Counted from the first letter of the whole stretch, positions 35,286-48,525 are shown. The stretch is DNA of 54,022 nucleotides, filler included, from Sphacelaria rigidula (GCA_964200075.2; 5 parts of 5 records of this genome joined end to end with filler, not necessarily neighbours in it); one strand, 5' to 3'. Numbers and translations: made by a program. Notes: generated by a model from the letters alone, not told the origin.

Positions 35286-38197
35286 TAGGCCTGCAGCCGC
35301 TGTGGGTGCTACTGTATTGGCTGGCGAGTCACGGATGCGACCTTGCCCCCACAGCCTTCCCTTATCGACGTGTATTCGTCACTTGGTGCCGATGAAACGA
35401 AAAAATTGCACACGTCGAACGAGTCATAACTCGTCGAAACGAGTGCGCTCGTGGATGTTTTCTGAAAACACATCGAGCATGACTCGTGTGCTCAAGCCAT
35501 GATCTTTTTTTACAACAAGCAATGACTCGAGTGCTCGCCCTATTAATCCTTTCACGACCGATCCCCCACTAACATGGGGTTGTCCATGTGTCCGTGAAAA
35601 GAAGAAAAATAAGTCGGGGAACGATTTCCCCAGTCGCGGCGAGGCAAAATTCATCGACCAGACCCGAACGACCAGCTCGAGGACTGTTGCCGAGTGTGAC
35701 GTCACTGCAAAGATCGTACGGGGGGCCTATTCCTGGCTCAGATGAGCCTTTCTGGGTTTCGAAAGCCAAGATGCTCGGAGCATGGCTCATCGTATTCCTT
35801 GCATCCAGTATAGCGTTCCCGGGGTTTCCCAGTAGTTTTCATGGGTCGCCAGCCTATATTAGAACGTGGTGATGACACGAACACAGGGTGGAGTTGGGAA
35901 AACCGGGAAGGAGTGTACATGCCACAATGTGGTCATTTTCACGAGGCACTAAACCCACGTGGGCGGTGGAAAGACAGAGGGAGCTATCATCATGATTTCT
36001 GGTCATCCCTCTGCCGATGACTTGCAGAACACTGTGATCATGCATGTAGTGGGCGGGGATGAACAATCTGTGCATAGTCAGCTGATCTCCGTCGCTTAGC
36101 ACTTCCCACAATGTGCAAGGGAGTATGAAGCGGCAGTTGCTGCTGCAGTCGGGAAGGCGTACTGCACTGTTCAGTATGTACTGTATGTATGTACGCCGCA
36201 GTGCCCATACCCTCCGACGAGAATTTGTCGCATGCAACAAAGAGGGAAATGGCGGCCCACCCCGACCACAAAGGGCTGTGCGGAAAGGTGACATGGACAA
36301 TAATATCATCCAAAGCCACAAATGGCGGGCGGCCCGCCGGTCGCCGCATTCAGATGGAAGCTCTTTGCGGCGACACATACTGCTTGCTACATCCGATGTA
36401 CATTACCTAATGCCCACCCCGCACCTGAAAATAGATGGGATGAAACTTTCGGTCTTCCTGATAACCCTGCGGTTACATACGCGGATTTGCAGCAAAATGC
36501 CACTGTTTCGTGCAGATGCCAGACACGTCATTCCTAACCAACCTCATTGGTCGTTCTGGAGGCCCGGTCCCAGAGGGGTTGATTTTTTCAACAACGAGCA
36601 ATGACTCGAGTGCTCGCCCTATACATTTTTCCACAACGAGTAATGACTCGAGTGCACTATTCATTTTTTCCCACAAGAAGCGATGACTCGAGTGCTTGCC
36701 CTATTCACTTTTTTCCACAACGAGCAATGACTCGAGTGCTCGCCCTATTCATTTTTTTCCGCAACGAGCAATGACTCGAGTGCTTGCCCTATTCATTTTT
36801 TTCCACAAGAAGCAATGACTCAAGTGCTGGCCCTAATATTGTGTTTCCACAACGAGCAATGACTCGAGTGCTCGCCCTATTCATTTTTTTCCACAAGAAG
36901 CAATGATCCGAGTGCTCGCCCTGATAGTGTGTTTCCACAACGAGCAATGACTCGAGTGCTCGCGCTACTATTTTTTTCCCTACCGAGCAATGACTCGAGT
37001 GCTCGCCCTATTCATTTTTTTCCACAAGAAGCAATGACTCGTGTGCTTGCCCTATTATTTGTTTCCACAACGAGCAGCCCAACGAGTGCGAGTGCCACAA
37101 GTTACACTCGTGCTCGTCCGACGTATGAAGAGTTGCTTTTGTGTATATTCATCAGTCTCGAGTCCGCCCGTGGCTGCCTTGGAGCGAGCGCTGATCTGAG
37201 ATCGGCACGGTAGGATGAGTGATGAACGTCGACACATCTTCGTCTTGTACCACCTGTACCGGGCACCGGGAACCACGTTTATTAGGTTCAGTACTCGTGT
37301 GGTTCTTGTCTCATGTCGGACTGCGATTCACCCGTTCAACACTTGAACCAGATTGGAAGGTCTCTTCATGGGTTTCCTCCCGTGAAAGACTTTCTTATTC
37401 ACGTGTGTCAAGTTGCTTCGAGTAGAGTACGTACTTTCCCAAGGTACCCCGGGTTTCAATGTGTCGTTCGAGTAACCTATACTCCGGGGTACTGGCGCAG
37501 GGTATCGATCGCCGAAACCAAGAAGGATCCCGTGTCGATTGATTGATCGATTGTTTGTCATACATCAACTAACCCCCGAGGTATTCAGCCGGTGTCACGA
37601 ATAACCTCAAGTACCTGGATGATCAATAGCTGGAATATCCAGCGTTTTAGGAGACCAACGGGTATTCTGTACCCTGCCCTACCCTCAGCATGATTGCCAC
37701 TTTGTCAGTCTGGGAGCACCAAAACACGTGAAAATCTGTTTCCGAATGGAGATTGATGAAGACGAGATGCCTTTTCTCGATGCACCCGTGCCACCTTTCT
37801 CAGTCTCGACCATCTCGAAACGCCGAAACACTTCGGGATGGCGATCGATGAAAATGATTTTTTTTTTTTTTTCTCGCCAACAACAAAGTTGACGGATGGA
37901 CTGGGTGAGGACCGAAGGCCTCAAGGCGGAGTTTTGGATGAATGCGTGGGCCATACTGTAAACTGCGGCGGCACACGATCCATCACAGCGGAAAAAATAA
38001 GTCTCCCAGATTTCATGTTTATCCACGTCCCCTCTATTTTTTTGACAAGCGAAATGCCCGTAGTATTCGTGGTATGATGCGCTCGACACGGCACATCGGG
38101 TGATGTACTCAAGGTCCACGTGAAGAGCATGCACTCGAACATGAAAATAATTGCCGGACTCCTTAATGACTTTCCTTCTTATAGCGCTGCAGGCCTA
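35286..38197. mobile_element. Possible decayed hAT-like element (~2.9 kb) in the last intron of the LON-N gene
   Basis: Inverted ends TAGGCCTGCAGC(C)GCT / AGCGCTGCAGGCCTA; internal GACTCGAG repeats; weak transposase-like peptides (NRWDET, ECVGHTVN); no matching TSD. Confidence 0.45.
36587..37075. repeat. Minisatellite, ~44-bp unit, 11 full copies plus a partial
   Basis: TTCCACAACGAGCAATGACTCGAGTGCTCGCCCTATTCATTTTT repeated head to tail; two more units at ~35470-35545. Confidence 0.95.
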
Positions 38198-38929
38198 CCC
38201 GGCTGGTGTCCTGGAGTTTGAAATGCATGTTGATACTTCTTCGATCCGCGCCCGCTGTTTTTCAAGCATTTGATTTCATGTTGAAATCAAAGTTTGCCAT
38301 TTTTTCGACCAAAAGTGTTCGGACAGACTTGGTTCAAGGACGAGAAAGTCGGGCCGTACTTTTTTTTATATTTTGTTGTCGTTCTCCGAGTTTTCATACT
38401 CGAGTTCATCCTCAAACCGCCCACTTTTGAAACATTTATGCCGAGCCTGACTCGAGTCATCGAGTCATGTACAAAAAAGGATCAGGCTGGGCCGCCATCC
38501 ACGCCATTCATCAGGGAATCGGCGAAGAGTTTGAGTAAGGGGAATCAGGGTTGTGCTATTTCATCAGAGCGAGGTCCGGCCACCGTGGGATTCCCATGCT
38601 TGCTGGGCATCGGTAGCGTTGCTGCAACCCCCCAAATCTAGTGACGATAAGTGTGAGTGTTTTCTAGACTCGACAGAATCACGCGTTTGTGACCCTCACC
38701 GGCCCTCGGATAGAAACCGTGCACCCGCCGGCGACAGGTATGTCTAGCGCATGAAAAGCCGCCGCCGCCGCCGCCACTGCTGCTGCTACTGCGGCTGGTT
38801 TTACGTACACGTTTCGAAGCTACGACTACTAGTGCGTTTATGTGGCCTTCTCTGTTCCGAGTTACATACGTCCACACACCCCCTCCCCCTTTCCCCCGTC
38901 TATCCGTCTTCCCCCGTCTCCTCCTGCAG

Positions 38930-39817
38930 GCCTACGAAGCCTACGAAGCAGCGCGCCATTTGGGCGGAGACGAAGCGGCGGCTGCGGCAGCCGCGGCGGC
39001 AGCATCGGCCGCCGCAGCTGGAGTTGCCGCGGGAGGTGAGGGTGATGGCAGCGATGAAGAGGAGGGTGCGGGTGCGGGTGCGGGAGTGATCGAGGAAAGG
39101 TTGCAGGATGCTGAGATGATGGCTGCCGCCCAAGCAGGCCCCGCAGTGTTGGAACGGGACCCCGAAACGGCTGAAATGGTCGCCGCACACGCTAGGGCTT
39201 TGTCAGAAGCGAGGGCTGCGATAGACGCGGCCGGGGGAGGGGCGAGCGGGGCAGGGGCAGGGGCACGGTCCGCCGGAGCACGCGCCGAACAAGAAGGGTC
39301 CGCACGAGAAACGGAACCCGCAGCAGCAGCTGTGGCGGTGGTGTCATCGAGAACAGGCTCGGAACAAGAACCGTCGCAAGAGCAGGACCGGCCGGAGGCA
39401 ATGTCGATGAGTGATGAGGGTACCGACATCAACGAAACTCCAGCCGAAGCCTGCGCCGCCCCTTCAACAGAGGTGGCAGCATCAACGTTGGCAGGTTCGA
39501 GCGGCGCTTCCACGGTTTCGGTCAGGGTCACGCGATCAGGATCGGGGGCGGGGCTCGCTGCGGGGTCGGTGGAGGCGCGGGCGAGCTTTGCGGAAGCCAT
39601 GGCGGCGCCTCCGTCTGACGCGCAGTTGCCGCCGGCGCGGCTCAGCGCATCTAGCACGATACCGTCGCCGCGCAGCATGGCGGCCAGGGGTGATGGGGGT
39701 ACTTCCGCGCCTGTATCCAGCGGGGAGATGAAAGGGGCTGATGAGATGAAAGGGGGTGATGACGTGTCATCTCGAGCGGGCTCGTCGACGAGCAGGGGGG
39801 AGGGGGAGATCGAATGA
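38930..39817 (+). CDS. LON-N domain protein, terminal exon (Ala/Gly/Ser/Glu-rich tail ending EGEIE*)
   Basis: Long pyrimidine tract plus ctgcAG; in phase with the previous exon; 888 nt open to TGA; GC-rich coding-like composition. Confidence 0.8.
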   Translation, partial: AYEAYEAARHLGGDEAAAAAAAAAASAAAAGVAAGGEGDGSDEEEGAGAGAGVIEERLQDAEMMAAAQAGPAVLERDPETAEMVAAHARALSEARAAIDAAGGGASGAGAGARSAGARAEQEGSARETEPAAAAVAVVSSRTGSEQEPSQEQDRPEAMSMSDEGTDINETPAEACAAPSTEVAASTLAGSSGASTVSVRVTRSGSGAGLAAGSVEARASFAEAMAAPPSDAQLPPARLSASSTIPSPRSMAARGDGGTSAPVSSGEMKGADEMKGGDDVSSRAGSSTSRGEGEIE

Positions 39818-41899
39818 CAGTGGTTTTAAAACTTGATGACTGCCGTCGACGTTGGTGTTGGTATTGCTGCCGCTGCTGTGGAACAAGCCACTCTCGAACA
39901 GACCGGGTATTGCATTTTTATTTTTGCAAGGGAGGGGGGGAGGGTGGGGAAGAGCGTGCGGGCGGTGTATGTAGAACCCGAATCGGAATCAAAATGTACA
40001 CCGTCATGCCATGAGGGTTACAGTGCTTTTTCTCGACGTGAACGAAGTCAGAACGAGAGGTAATGAAGCCGATTGAAGAGATTCTGTTTTTGTCTTTCGC
40101 CGATATGCTGAGGGCGGTAGCGACCGAAGCGGCCGATGTTTGTTCATCGGTCTCGTGTTGGAACCGTTGGAAGATTGATGATGGGGAGCGGGAGAGCGGA
40201 CGTGCCGCTGTCCAGCTGATCGTGATTATTTTATGTTTTTTTCGTTCGTTTTTCCTCCCCTTCGATTATTCCGGTTGGTGACCCGCGGAGATTGTTTTTT
40301 AGAAGGAAGACAGAAACGAAACCAAGTAACAGGTATTATCTTTTCCCCGCTAGTGGTAATAATGGGGGCGGGCCCTCATTTTTTTTTTTTTCCGAGTTGA
40401 CTGTTGTTCCGTCGCTACTTCCTTCATGGCTAAAAGACGGTGATGGATCAGTATTCTATAGAAATGACTATAGAAGAGGCAAAAGAATGTAACAGAGTAA
40501 AAAAAGGAACGAGTCGAAACTCTAGAAAGTCCTTGCGTTTGCTTGCTGAATTTGAAGGACGAATAGAAGTGGGGGAAATGAGAGAAGGCAAAATGAAAGC
40601 CACCGAACGGGTGAAGGCGAAAAACATATTTCATCAAGGCCTACCCGCTCCTAGTAAGCTGTCTTGTGTTTATATCATAGCTGCTGTCGTTGCTGAAATG
40701 CATTCAAAATACGAAACACTATAAGCGGCAAAAACACAATCCCTCACCCGCATTTTTTTTTTTGGTTTTCAATCCATCTTTTTACTTCTATCGTCACAAC
40801 AAACCGCCGTCATTCCCCCACAGACCGGTCCATCTGCATCGTCATGACCTCTATGCGGGCGTTTTTGTCGATCTCGTTCGTAGCCTCCGCGTCGTATAAT
40901 ATACCAACGAGCTCGGCTCGACGTGATCCGGATGAGGAGGGCGGGGGGGGGTGGGCGAGAGGGAAGTTGGTTCAAGATTGTGTGCGCTGCGTTCTGGTAC
41001 CACGGAGAAGTTATGAAGGAGTGAGGGAATCGGGAGGGAGCGGGCAGCCATGATATCCTTGTTTGCTTTATTTTTCCCGCTTAGTTGCGAGAAGTATATG
41101 CGCAGAAGCGTTTTTTTCTTCCCTCATATTTGTATTTCCTGTACATAATGCAGCTGGAGGGGACAGGGAACCGCGGTCCTTGACGCAGGGGAATGTTCTC
41201 ACGAAAATGTCCCGTACGCAACACATTAATATTTTTTTCAGAAATTGCGACTGTACAGAAGATTCCCGATTTATTTCCTGAATGAAGATATTATTCGTTG
41301 CCGGAAAATGTTCCGCGCGGAAAAATGTGGGGTTCGAGGACTGTTGAGGGCAGTATAGAAGGTTGGTTCACTGTCTCGTTTCGCTCGTTAGCGAAATACA
41401 GGTGTGAATGAGGGAAATATGTGCAGTTTGTGGGAGCAGAAGAACGTTTGTACATTTTTTTCCCCGCGCGGGAAAATTTCCTCTCGGTTGTTGACTACGG
41501 TAGAACGGGTGTTTCTTTTTTTCCTCAGCGGAAACATTGCATGACTGGGGAATGACACGGTGCCCCCGACTTTGTAGAGCACGGCGTGAGGTGTCTATGC
41601 CGGACAGTATCGGTGGGGAGGGATTCTTGTTCAGTGATGGAAGAGGGCACCGATCGGAGGCTCTAGATGCGTAGATATTTATTAATTTGGTAAAAGACCA
41701 CGGGGCCGGTTCTGGGTCGTTGTGCATCAACACCCTGGTGTCGTGGTTGTGGTTTTTGACCGATCCAGACCGGATCGGGGCATTCGATGATGCGACAAAC
41801 GGTGAGAACTCGCGTCCGTCCAAAAATCGCAGTTGGCACTGAGGCGGTCGAAGGCGAACAAATGGGTGGGATAAATGAGGAGAACGAGTACCGTAGTGG

Positions 41900-42640
41900 T
41901 GTGTTTTCTCGTCGCGAACGAACAATCTGGCGTTGTAGTTCCGCGATGGGTGTCGGGAGAATCAAAGAGTTTGTGTACCCAATATTTTTTTACCATCGAC
42001 ACAGCAACGGTGGAACATTTAGGCACGTTCGTATACTGATTATCGCAAAGAAGAAGTGTCTCTTACTCCGAACGTTTTTGTGTATTCAGACCTATAATTA
42101 TCAACACTGCTTTTCTTGAGATCTCCGATTTTGGCGGACATTCTGGACACTGAGTTCGGACCTCTCTGGAAGTGAAGCGGCTTGATCGTTTGTCCGAAGC
42201 GTCACGTTTGAACAAGTGCGAATATTGTGGAGAGCTGTCCTTCGTGTACGACGTGGCGCTCGCATGCGTTCGAGGATTATCAGGAACGTTGCCAGTGATA
42301 CCATGGGCCATGTCGGAGAGTAGAAAGCACCGTGGGTTGGCGAGAGAGGCGTCCTCAAACCGGCAAAGGCGAGCCAACGACATGAACACTGTCCGTGAAG
42401 AGAGATCCAATAGCAACGACAAAACACGATAACTATGTGCCATTTAGAGATACCTGAAGTTCCGGGACTTTCTAGAAATGGACAGCGAGGTTGAAAGAAG
42501 CACATCAGCTTGATCGAGATGCACAATAGAGCGACATGTGAATGGTTGTTCCGAACTGTTTCTCCTGCTTACGTACTCCGACATCGTTTCGTCCCTCCGA
42601 CGGCGACTTGGAGCTATCCCAAAATTGAGACGCATGGATA
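41900..42640 (-). pseudogene. Decayed piggyBac-like transposase 3' remnant
   Basis: HLDQADVLLSTSLSISRKSRNFRYL...LLLDLS resembles GVDxxDQxxSxYxxxRKSxKW..LLD; followed by Cys-containing fragments (CPEC, LLC). Confidence 0.45.
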
Positions 42641-43199
42641 TATACCACCACGATGCACTTGAGCGCAGTACCGTACGGTACAGCACAGTACGGTACAGTA
42701 TGCAGCACAGTGCAGTTGAATGTAGACCGCTATGATGGTACAACAGGGTATTGCGGTACGGTACAGCGGTACATACAACACAAGTACTTCCAACCGAAGA
42801 ACAGACAAGCCCGCATGACAACGATTTTGCAGAGTGCCACCCGTGACGATGGTGGTCGACATCACGAACTCTGATCATTTTTTTTCCGATGATGGGATTC
42901 AACGTTGAACATGCGATTGGATTGTCGTCATCCTCCGCCGAAATAGCTGGTTGGGAAAATATTCCAGCTGGTATATTTGTGTCGGAAGCTACAACAGGCT
43001 GGTTCACGGTGAGCACCCAATAAACACTCATCGGCGAAAACTCACGCCGTTGTAAGGAGTTAAACCCTGAAATTTGCATAGATATTCTATGGGTGACACT
43101 CAACTGGAGAAAAACGAGTTTTTTTTTTTTTTTTTTTTCATTTTTTTCATTTTTTTTTGGGGGTGATTTTTTCGTTTATAAATTGTATTCACTTTTTCT

Positions 43200-43299
43200 N
43201 NNNNNNNNNNNNNNNNNNNNNNNNNNNNNNNNNNNNNNNNNNNTTAATTAATTAANNNNNNNNNNNNNNNNNNNNNNNNNNNNNNNNNNNNNNNNNNNN
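43200..43299. other. Artificial contig spacer
   Basis: Same N44-TTAATTAATTAA-N44 structure. Confidence 0.98.
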
Positions 43300-43407
43300 T
43301 TTGTATGGTGGAGCTAGGAGTCCAACAGTTCTCACACTCTAGGGCCATTTATCTCCTCTTTTTCCCACACCCCCCCCCCCCACCCTCCCCCTCCACTTTC
43401 CCTCCTT

Positions 43408-43473
43408 CGTCTCGAAAGGGATGCGTGGTCAATGGTCAACCGACGAAGGCAAGCAATAACCGAGTAGACTCCC
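43408..43473 (+). mobile_element. LINE 3'-end fragment (family 1) next to a C-rich tract
   Basis: CGTCTCGAAAGGGATGCGTGGTCAATGGTCAA...AAGGCAAGCAA. Confidence 0.85.
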
Positions 43474-44149
43474 ATTTCCCCCTTGTTTCCTCGTGGTGAC
43501 AATTTGTTTTGCTCTCGGTACCTTCCTCTATACTCCTCTCGTCAGCAGTGTTTTCAGGACAAAAAAAAATGGAGGTGGCCAAATGGCCGCGTGTGCGACA
43601 AAAAACGCGTGTACCAAGCTGGCCGAAAACTCGTCGAATAGTGGAGATGAAACACCGTGGTAGGCATCGCAGAAAGAAAAAAGTAAAAAATAGCTCAGGG
43701 GTTATGCGCGCAAAGAAAGAAGACAGATCAAACGTGATCCCCCCTCATGCCTTTCGGGCGGCTTCTGTGCTCCACTACTCTCGTTAAAGTGGTACACGCT
43801 CCAGGGTCGATGAACACGATCATGGAGCGAGTACCCCAGGCTAAGATCCGCATCACTTTTACGACACAAACAGCACCGACACAGACTGCATCCACCCACC
43901 CGAGCGGGACAAATTTCAGGGGAAAATATGTTCCAATCTGTGCTTCTCCGTTGAGATCGAACCCATCTCGGCTTTGCAATGGGTAACACAGCCGTCAGGA
44001 CTTGCTACTCCCCCCAACCCTTGAATTTCCTCCCCCGCCGTCTCCGATGCCCGCTAGAGATAGTGGGGAACAGCTCTTATGTGAGAAATGCTTGCCTCTC
44101 TCGCTCACACCGTCCATCTAGACCCGAAAACTCCATAGATGGACCCCCG

Positions 44150-45960
44150 TGAGTTCAAAACACAATTTCTTGCGCACAAGTGCTAACCTTCAACCTCTAT
44201 CCTGCAGTCCTACTGTTACTATTCCCCGGTATAGCCTACCGAGACCTTTAAACATCACCCCCACAAGAAGAGCAGAGCAACGTTGGGCCCACGTGAACAG
44301 GTGAGGACACCAACGGGGAAAAGTCCCTCAAGTGTTGCGAGATCTGTATGCTCCACCTCGACGCTGGATTTTGAGCATCATGGAATATACTGTATCGCAC
44401 CCGAACCTCGTGATACATCAGAATCGAGGGAGGTCGCATATGTTTTGCCGTCCAAAGTCAGACGCGACACGTTTATCGTCGCATTAGACTCAACGAACAA
44501 CTTCCCCTCGCTAATTAAACCAAGCAGCCACGAAAATAGCCAAGAAACTGGAGCGACATGGCAAAATAGGTGACGCAATGACTTCAGACAACCGCAGCAA
44601 GATTTTGCGCACGGCCCTTCGCCATGGCAGTTGTGATCGAGCAGCTCTCCTCAAGTTTACGCCGTCTTCCCGTCCACAGCCGCACCAGCCTGTCAAATCG
44701 ACGGAAACGGGGGAAAGATGCGCCAACAAGAAAGAGCGTAATTTTCATAGTGAGTTGGTAATGGATCTCTCCATGACAAAAAGCGGTATCAAACGCCGAA
44801 ACCGGAGTCTCACTCTGGCTAAACTGCCCAGTCACCACATAGCACAGGTATGTCGGGGTTTCGTATACCTCTCACTTACCCTCAACCCCCTATTTCCTCC
44901 TCAAGATGAAACATTCCGCCAAAATTCGCTTAAAAACAGTATCAAGACTTATGCAAGTCGTTGCACTAGCTGCAACAATGATCCAAGAAACGCAGGCGAC
45001 TGGTCGGTCGAACTGATTTGTACTTCACCCTCCCATAGGAGATATATGGGAGATACATGGTGACCACAGACGGCAAATGAGGAAGGGGATAAGATTTGTA
45101 AAACGGTTTGTTTGATGTATGGAAGAAACGTAATGAGCGCCCAAAAGTCCGGGGTGTCTCTATCAGGAGTAGGAACGGTGGTCCGTCTCGAAAGGGATGC
45201 GTGGTCACTGGTCAAACGACCAAGGTAAGCAACAATTTTGGGCTTTAAGGAAACCGTGAGGTATGGTATTGAAACTGACAGACGAAACAAAAACATGTTG
45301 GTGAAATTGGACCGGAGCGTGAAGCAAATCATGTCAACACCCTAACGCCCTTCACCTGAAAAAGACGGGCTGCAGGCCGTTTTGGCATGAACAGTGCTGT
45401 ACCTTTTGTGAATGCACGGGAGGCATACAGTATGAAAACCTTGAAATGAGCGACAGGGGGTCGGCATCCATGACGCACCACCTTGCGGCCAACGGGCTCA
45501 CCATAGCCAACTCTTGACAAACCATCGTACGCTATTATACATGAGCCCCCTACCGTGATTACCTCTCCCGGGGGATCGGCGGACGGTTTTGCGGCCGGTG
45601 GCTCTTCTGGAGCTGCTGTGGTCGGCGCGGCTTCCCCCTGTATGTGACAAACAAGGTGTAATTGATCACAATTAGTGCGGGTACCGTGATGGTCGTCATT
45701 CGGGAGATGCTGCATCCTTCCGGAACAGCGTTTCTGTTCTCCTGTCGCCATTGCAACAGTTTTCATCGCACAGTGTACTGTAGTGCTTTTTCCTCAACAC
45801 TATTTCCATGGCATGCGCAATAGGTTTTGTTCCTGGAGCACTTGGTGTACATTGCTAATATCGGGAGATTTGAGCGAGGGTGGAGAGAGTGTCTCGAGTG
45901 CCCCCTCCGCAGGATAACACGGCAAATCTCGTTGAGTTGGGCCATCGCCTTTTCGTGCTA
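44150..45960 (-). pseudogene. Decayed Ty1/copia pol (integrase-RT order), interrupted by a LINE fragment
   Basis: Minus-strand order: EKAMAQLNEICRVIL (integrase-like), EEP...GL...PVGRKVV, ARLFQVKGV, DTAFCHGEI...MKI (cf. DVxTAFLxGxL...YM), GVNLRRAARS (cf. YGLxQAxRxW). Confidence 0.65.
45035..45235 (+). mobile_element. LINE 3' fragment (family 1), ~200 bp
   Basis: GGAGATACATGGTGACCACAGACGGC (GDxW*PQTA) through CGTCTCGAAAGGGATGCGTGGTCA...AAGCAACAA; homologous to 750-900 (minus). Confidence 0.85.
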
Positions 45961-46049
45961 GACAACGCAGCATATCAAAGGAGCATAGTTATTTCAAACA
46001 ATTTCTAGGTGGCTGCCAAATAATACTTTTGACTTGTCCGTATGTCCCC

Positions 46050-47870
46050 TATATTAGTTGAATCATTGCAGCACAAGTACCCCAGCGGAAGACGGTTACA
46101 CCCACCAACATCTCAGGACGGTATCTACGCTTCAGCGTGCTCTGTAGGCCAAGCACTTTGCTCGAGTATCGACGGAAAGTGCCCCTCTACTGGACTTTTC
46201 TTGGGAACATGGTGGGAGAGGACGACTCTCGTCAACCAGGTACAGTACCGCCGTGCCGTGAACGATTGATCATGAATGCGAAAAACCACTGTATAAGGTC
46301 GTGGAAGACGATAGTCACGCTATGTTGGGCCGACTCGGCAAGGCGGTGTCTATTTCCCCGAAGCAGGTCCTGCTGGAAATCATGACACGGCGCACCAGCC
46401 ATCCAACCGAGAGCTGAAAAATATGACCTTCTGTATCCACGGGCTTATTTTTGTGGTCGATGCATGTCCCACACAAAACAGACCGTGTATTCCAAAGGCG
46501 CAAGCTGTTCAAAACTCAAGCAGACAGGAGCAAAATCAGTCCTGCGCAAAAACAAAAACAAAAATACCGGAATGCCCGCATGGAAGAACCATCCGACAAC
46601 CATTCGGTTGATATCAGCCGTGAAGTAGACGCGGTTTACACGAGCGACGGGCCCGACACAATGGAGTACCGGCCCAGCGCGTGGCATCGGTGGCAAGCTT
46701 TGCTCAAGGCGGGATCGTCTGTGTAGATTTCTGGCTGAAAAAGGGATGATTCCCGCGTGGGGTGGTCTGAATAATGATGCTATTATTAGTGGATCACAAT
46801 GCAACCCCGATAGGTGGCGACCACGCTCAGAGCACCAAGCCAAAAGGACGCGTGCCGGCTAGTACATGACGTATTTAGTCCACGTGAAAAGAAGTTAGGT
46901 CATTTGCTTTAACGAGCAAGTAACACGACACACTTTTGTGCATGCATGCCTTGCACAGCCAATTGCGCCGCCTTCAAGACTGAAAACTTCACACAAATTA
47001 CAGTAGAAAGGTGTGTGATGTGCTGCACCCCTTTTCCTCACGTGACTACTGTCGTTGTACAAAGCTACTGTACCGTGCTCTGCAGTACAATCGATCGTGC
47101 ACAGTGTTCTGTCGCCTGCAGTCCAATACCGGATGCACTGGGAACACAACACTAGATGCCCTGTTAATGCCGACATGATTGAAGGCATATCGTTTGGCGG
47201 GGCGATGTAGCGAAGCCAAATCCACAATGCTGGGAAGTACGGTTGTGCCCTCGACCTCATCTCTCCTGTGCTGCCGCAGGGGCGCAGCAGTTACGCCAGT
47301 ATGCTTCGGTACGAGGACAATGAGGCGTAACTACAGCTGGTGTATCTTTCGACGGTTGACCGGTGCCATTTTCGACTTTTGCACTTGATCCTTGATTGTA
47401 AAGTTATCGACCGCCGCTGCAGGCACCAACGTGAAACTTGGGACAGCAATCGGGTACATCACAGCCAGTATATGTACCGAATCACAGCCCCTGTCCTTCC
47501 CCGACCAAATTACACAAAGAGAATTCCGATTTTGAGCAACGTCGTATGTATGCCCTCAAAACGGCCATCTTGCGGCCGAGATTCTGTGCACTATGAATGA
47601 ATGCATATGTGGACATGGTGGCGCACTCACTCCCGCATCATGACCACCTGGGACGCTGCAGTGCTCGCAAACATAGATCATTTTTGGCGCCGTCTCTGGA
47701 TGATGACAAAATGTAAGAAAGCCATTCCGGTATCGACTGTAGAGATGCTCAGATCAGGAGGCACGGTCGTGCGCGCGCTGTCGACGCTACTATGCGCTGG
47801 AGCTTCGCTAACATCTCATGTAGACCACAGTCAACAGGCCCATACGTTGCAGCAGTGCGTAAGGGGATGA
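46050..47870 (+). pseudogene. Possible decayed DNA transposase (hAT-like)
   Basis: MWTWWRTHSRIMTTWDAA resembles the WWxx(H)..LPxW..AA start of hAT dimerisation domains; the remainder is heavily frameshifted. Confidence 0.3.
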
Positions 47871-48454
47871 AAAGAGCTCCATTTTTGCTCCGAAATATAT
47901 ATATATATATATATTCGCGTGAGACAAAAATAAACCTCTGTGTTCAGTACCGCAGCAGCCACGGAGGTGCTCACAACAGAACACTCAACACCCCATCTCG
48001 GTCAAGTTTCGCCAATTTGAAAACCAAAGACGAGCCAGCATGACAGCACGGTGGCCCCCAAGAGGGGGTACACAGCCGGGACACGTCCGCGAGCTAGCGA
48101 CACAAGCCATTGTCTGATATCATTCATGTCAAATTGTGGTGGAGCGTACACGCGGAACTTTTATGCGACGCGATCTCTACTTTCGCAACACACAGCCCGA
48201 CAGATTTGCGCGTGTTTTGCAGCTACCAGAGCAGTCGTGGTGAACAAATATAGCGCATTCAATCTCGCCGTTAACGAGTCTGACTGCGGAGCCCCATCAA
48301 GAGCTTGGATATGAGTCAGCCTCTCTGGAGCATCCGCCTACTGGTTGGCTAGCGCATCTCCAAGGTGTACAAGCTGGAGAGCAACAGCGAGAAGAGCATC
48401 TCCTACCACTCAACGCCACAATTCTCCATCGCTCCCCGCCCCCCCCCCCTTCAC

Positions 48455-48525
48455 CGTTCCGAAAGGGATATGTAGTCAATGGTCAAACGACCAATGCAAG
48501 CAACAAATGAGTACGCCCCCCCCCT
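48455..48525 (+). mobile_element. LINE 3'-end fragment (family 1) between C-runs
   Basis: CGAAAGGGATATGTAGTCAATGGTCAAACGACC...GCAAGCAACAAATGAGTACGCCCCCCCCC, with CGC(C)nTTC on both sides. Confidence 0.85.

Noticed and set aside
34975..35502. Poly-Gly or poly-Pro protein (ORFs 34717+ and 35285-)
   Set aside because: Read-through past a splice donor into poly(G) tracts containing an N.
36587..37075. CRISPR array
   Set aside because: No unique spacers (whole units are homologous), no cas genes, and it lies in a eukaryotic intron.
38941..39678. 245-aa antisense ORF (likewise 13356-13862 + and 49100-49564 +)
   Set aside because: Shadow ORFs of GC-rich exons on the opposite strand.
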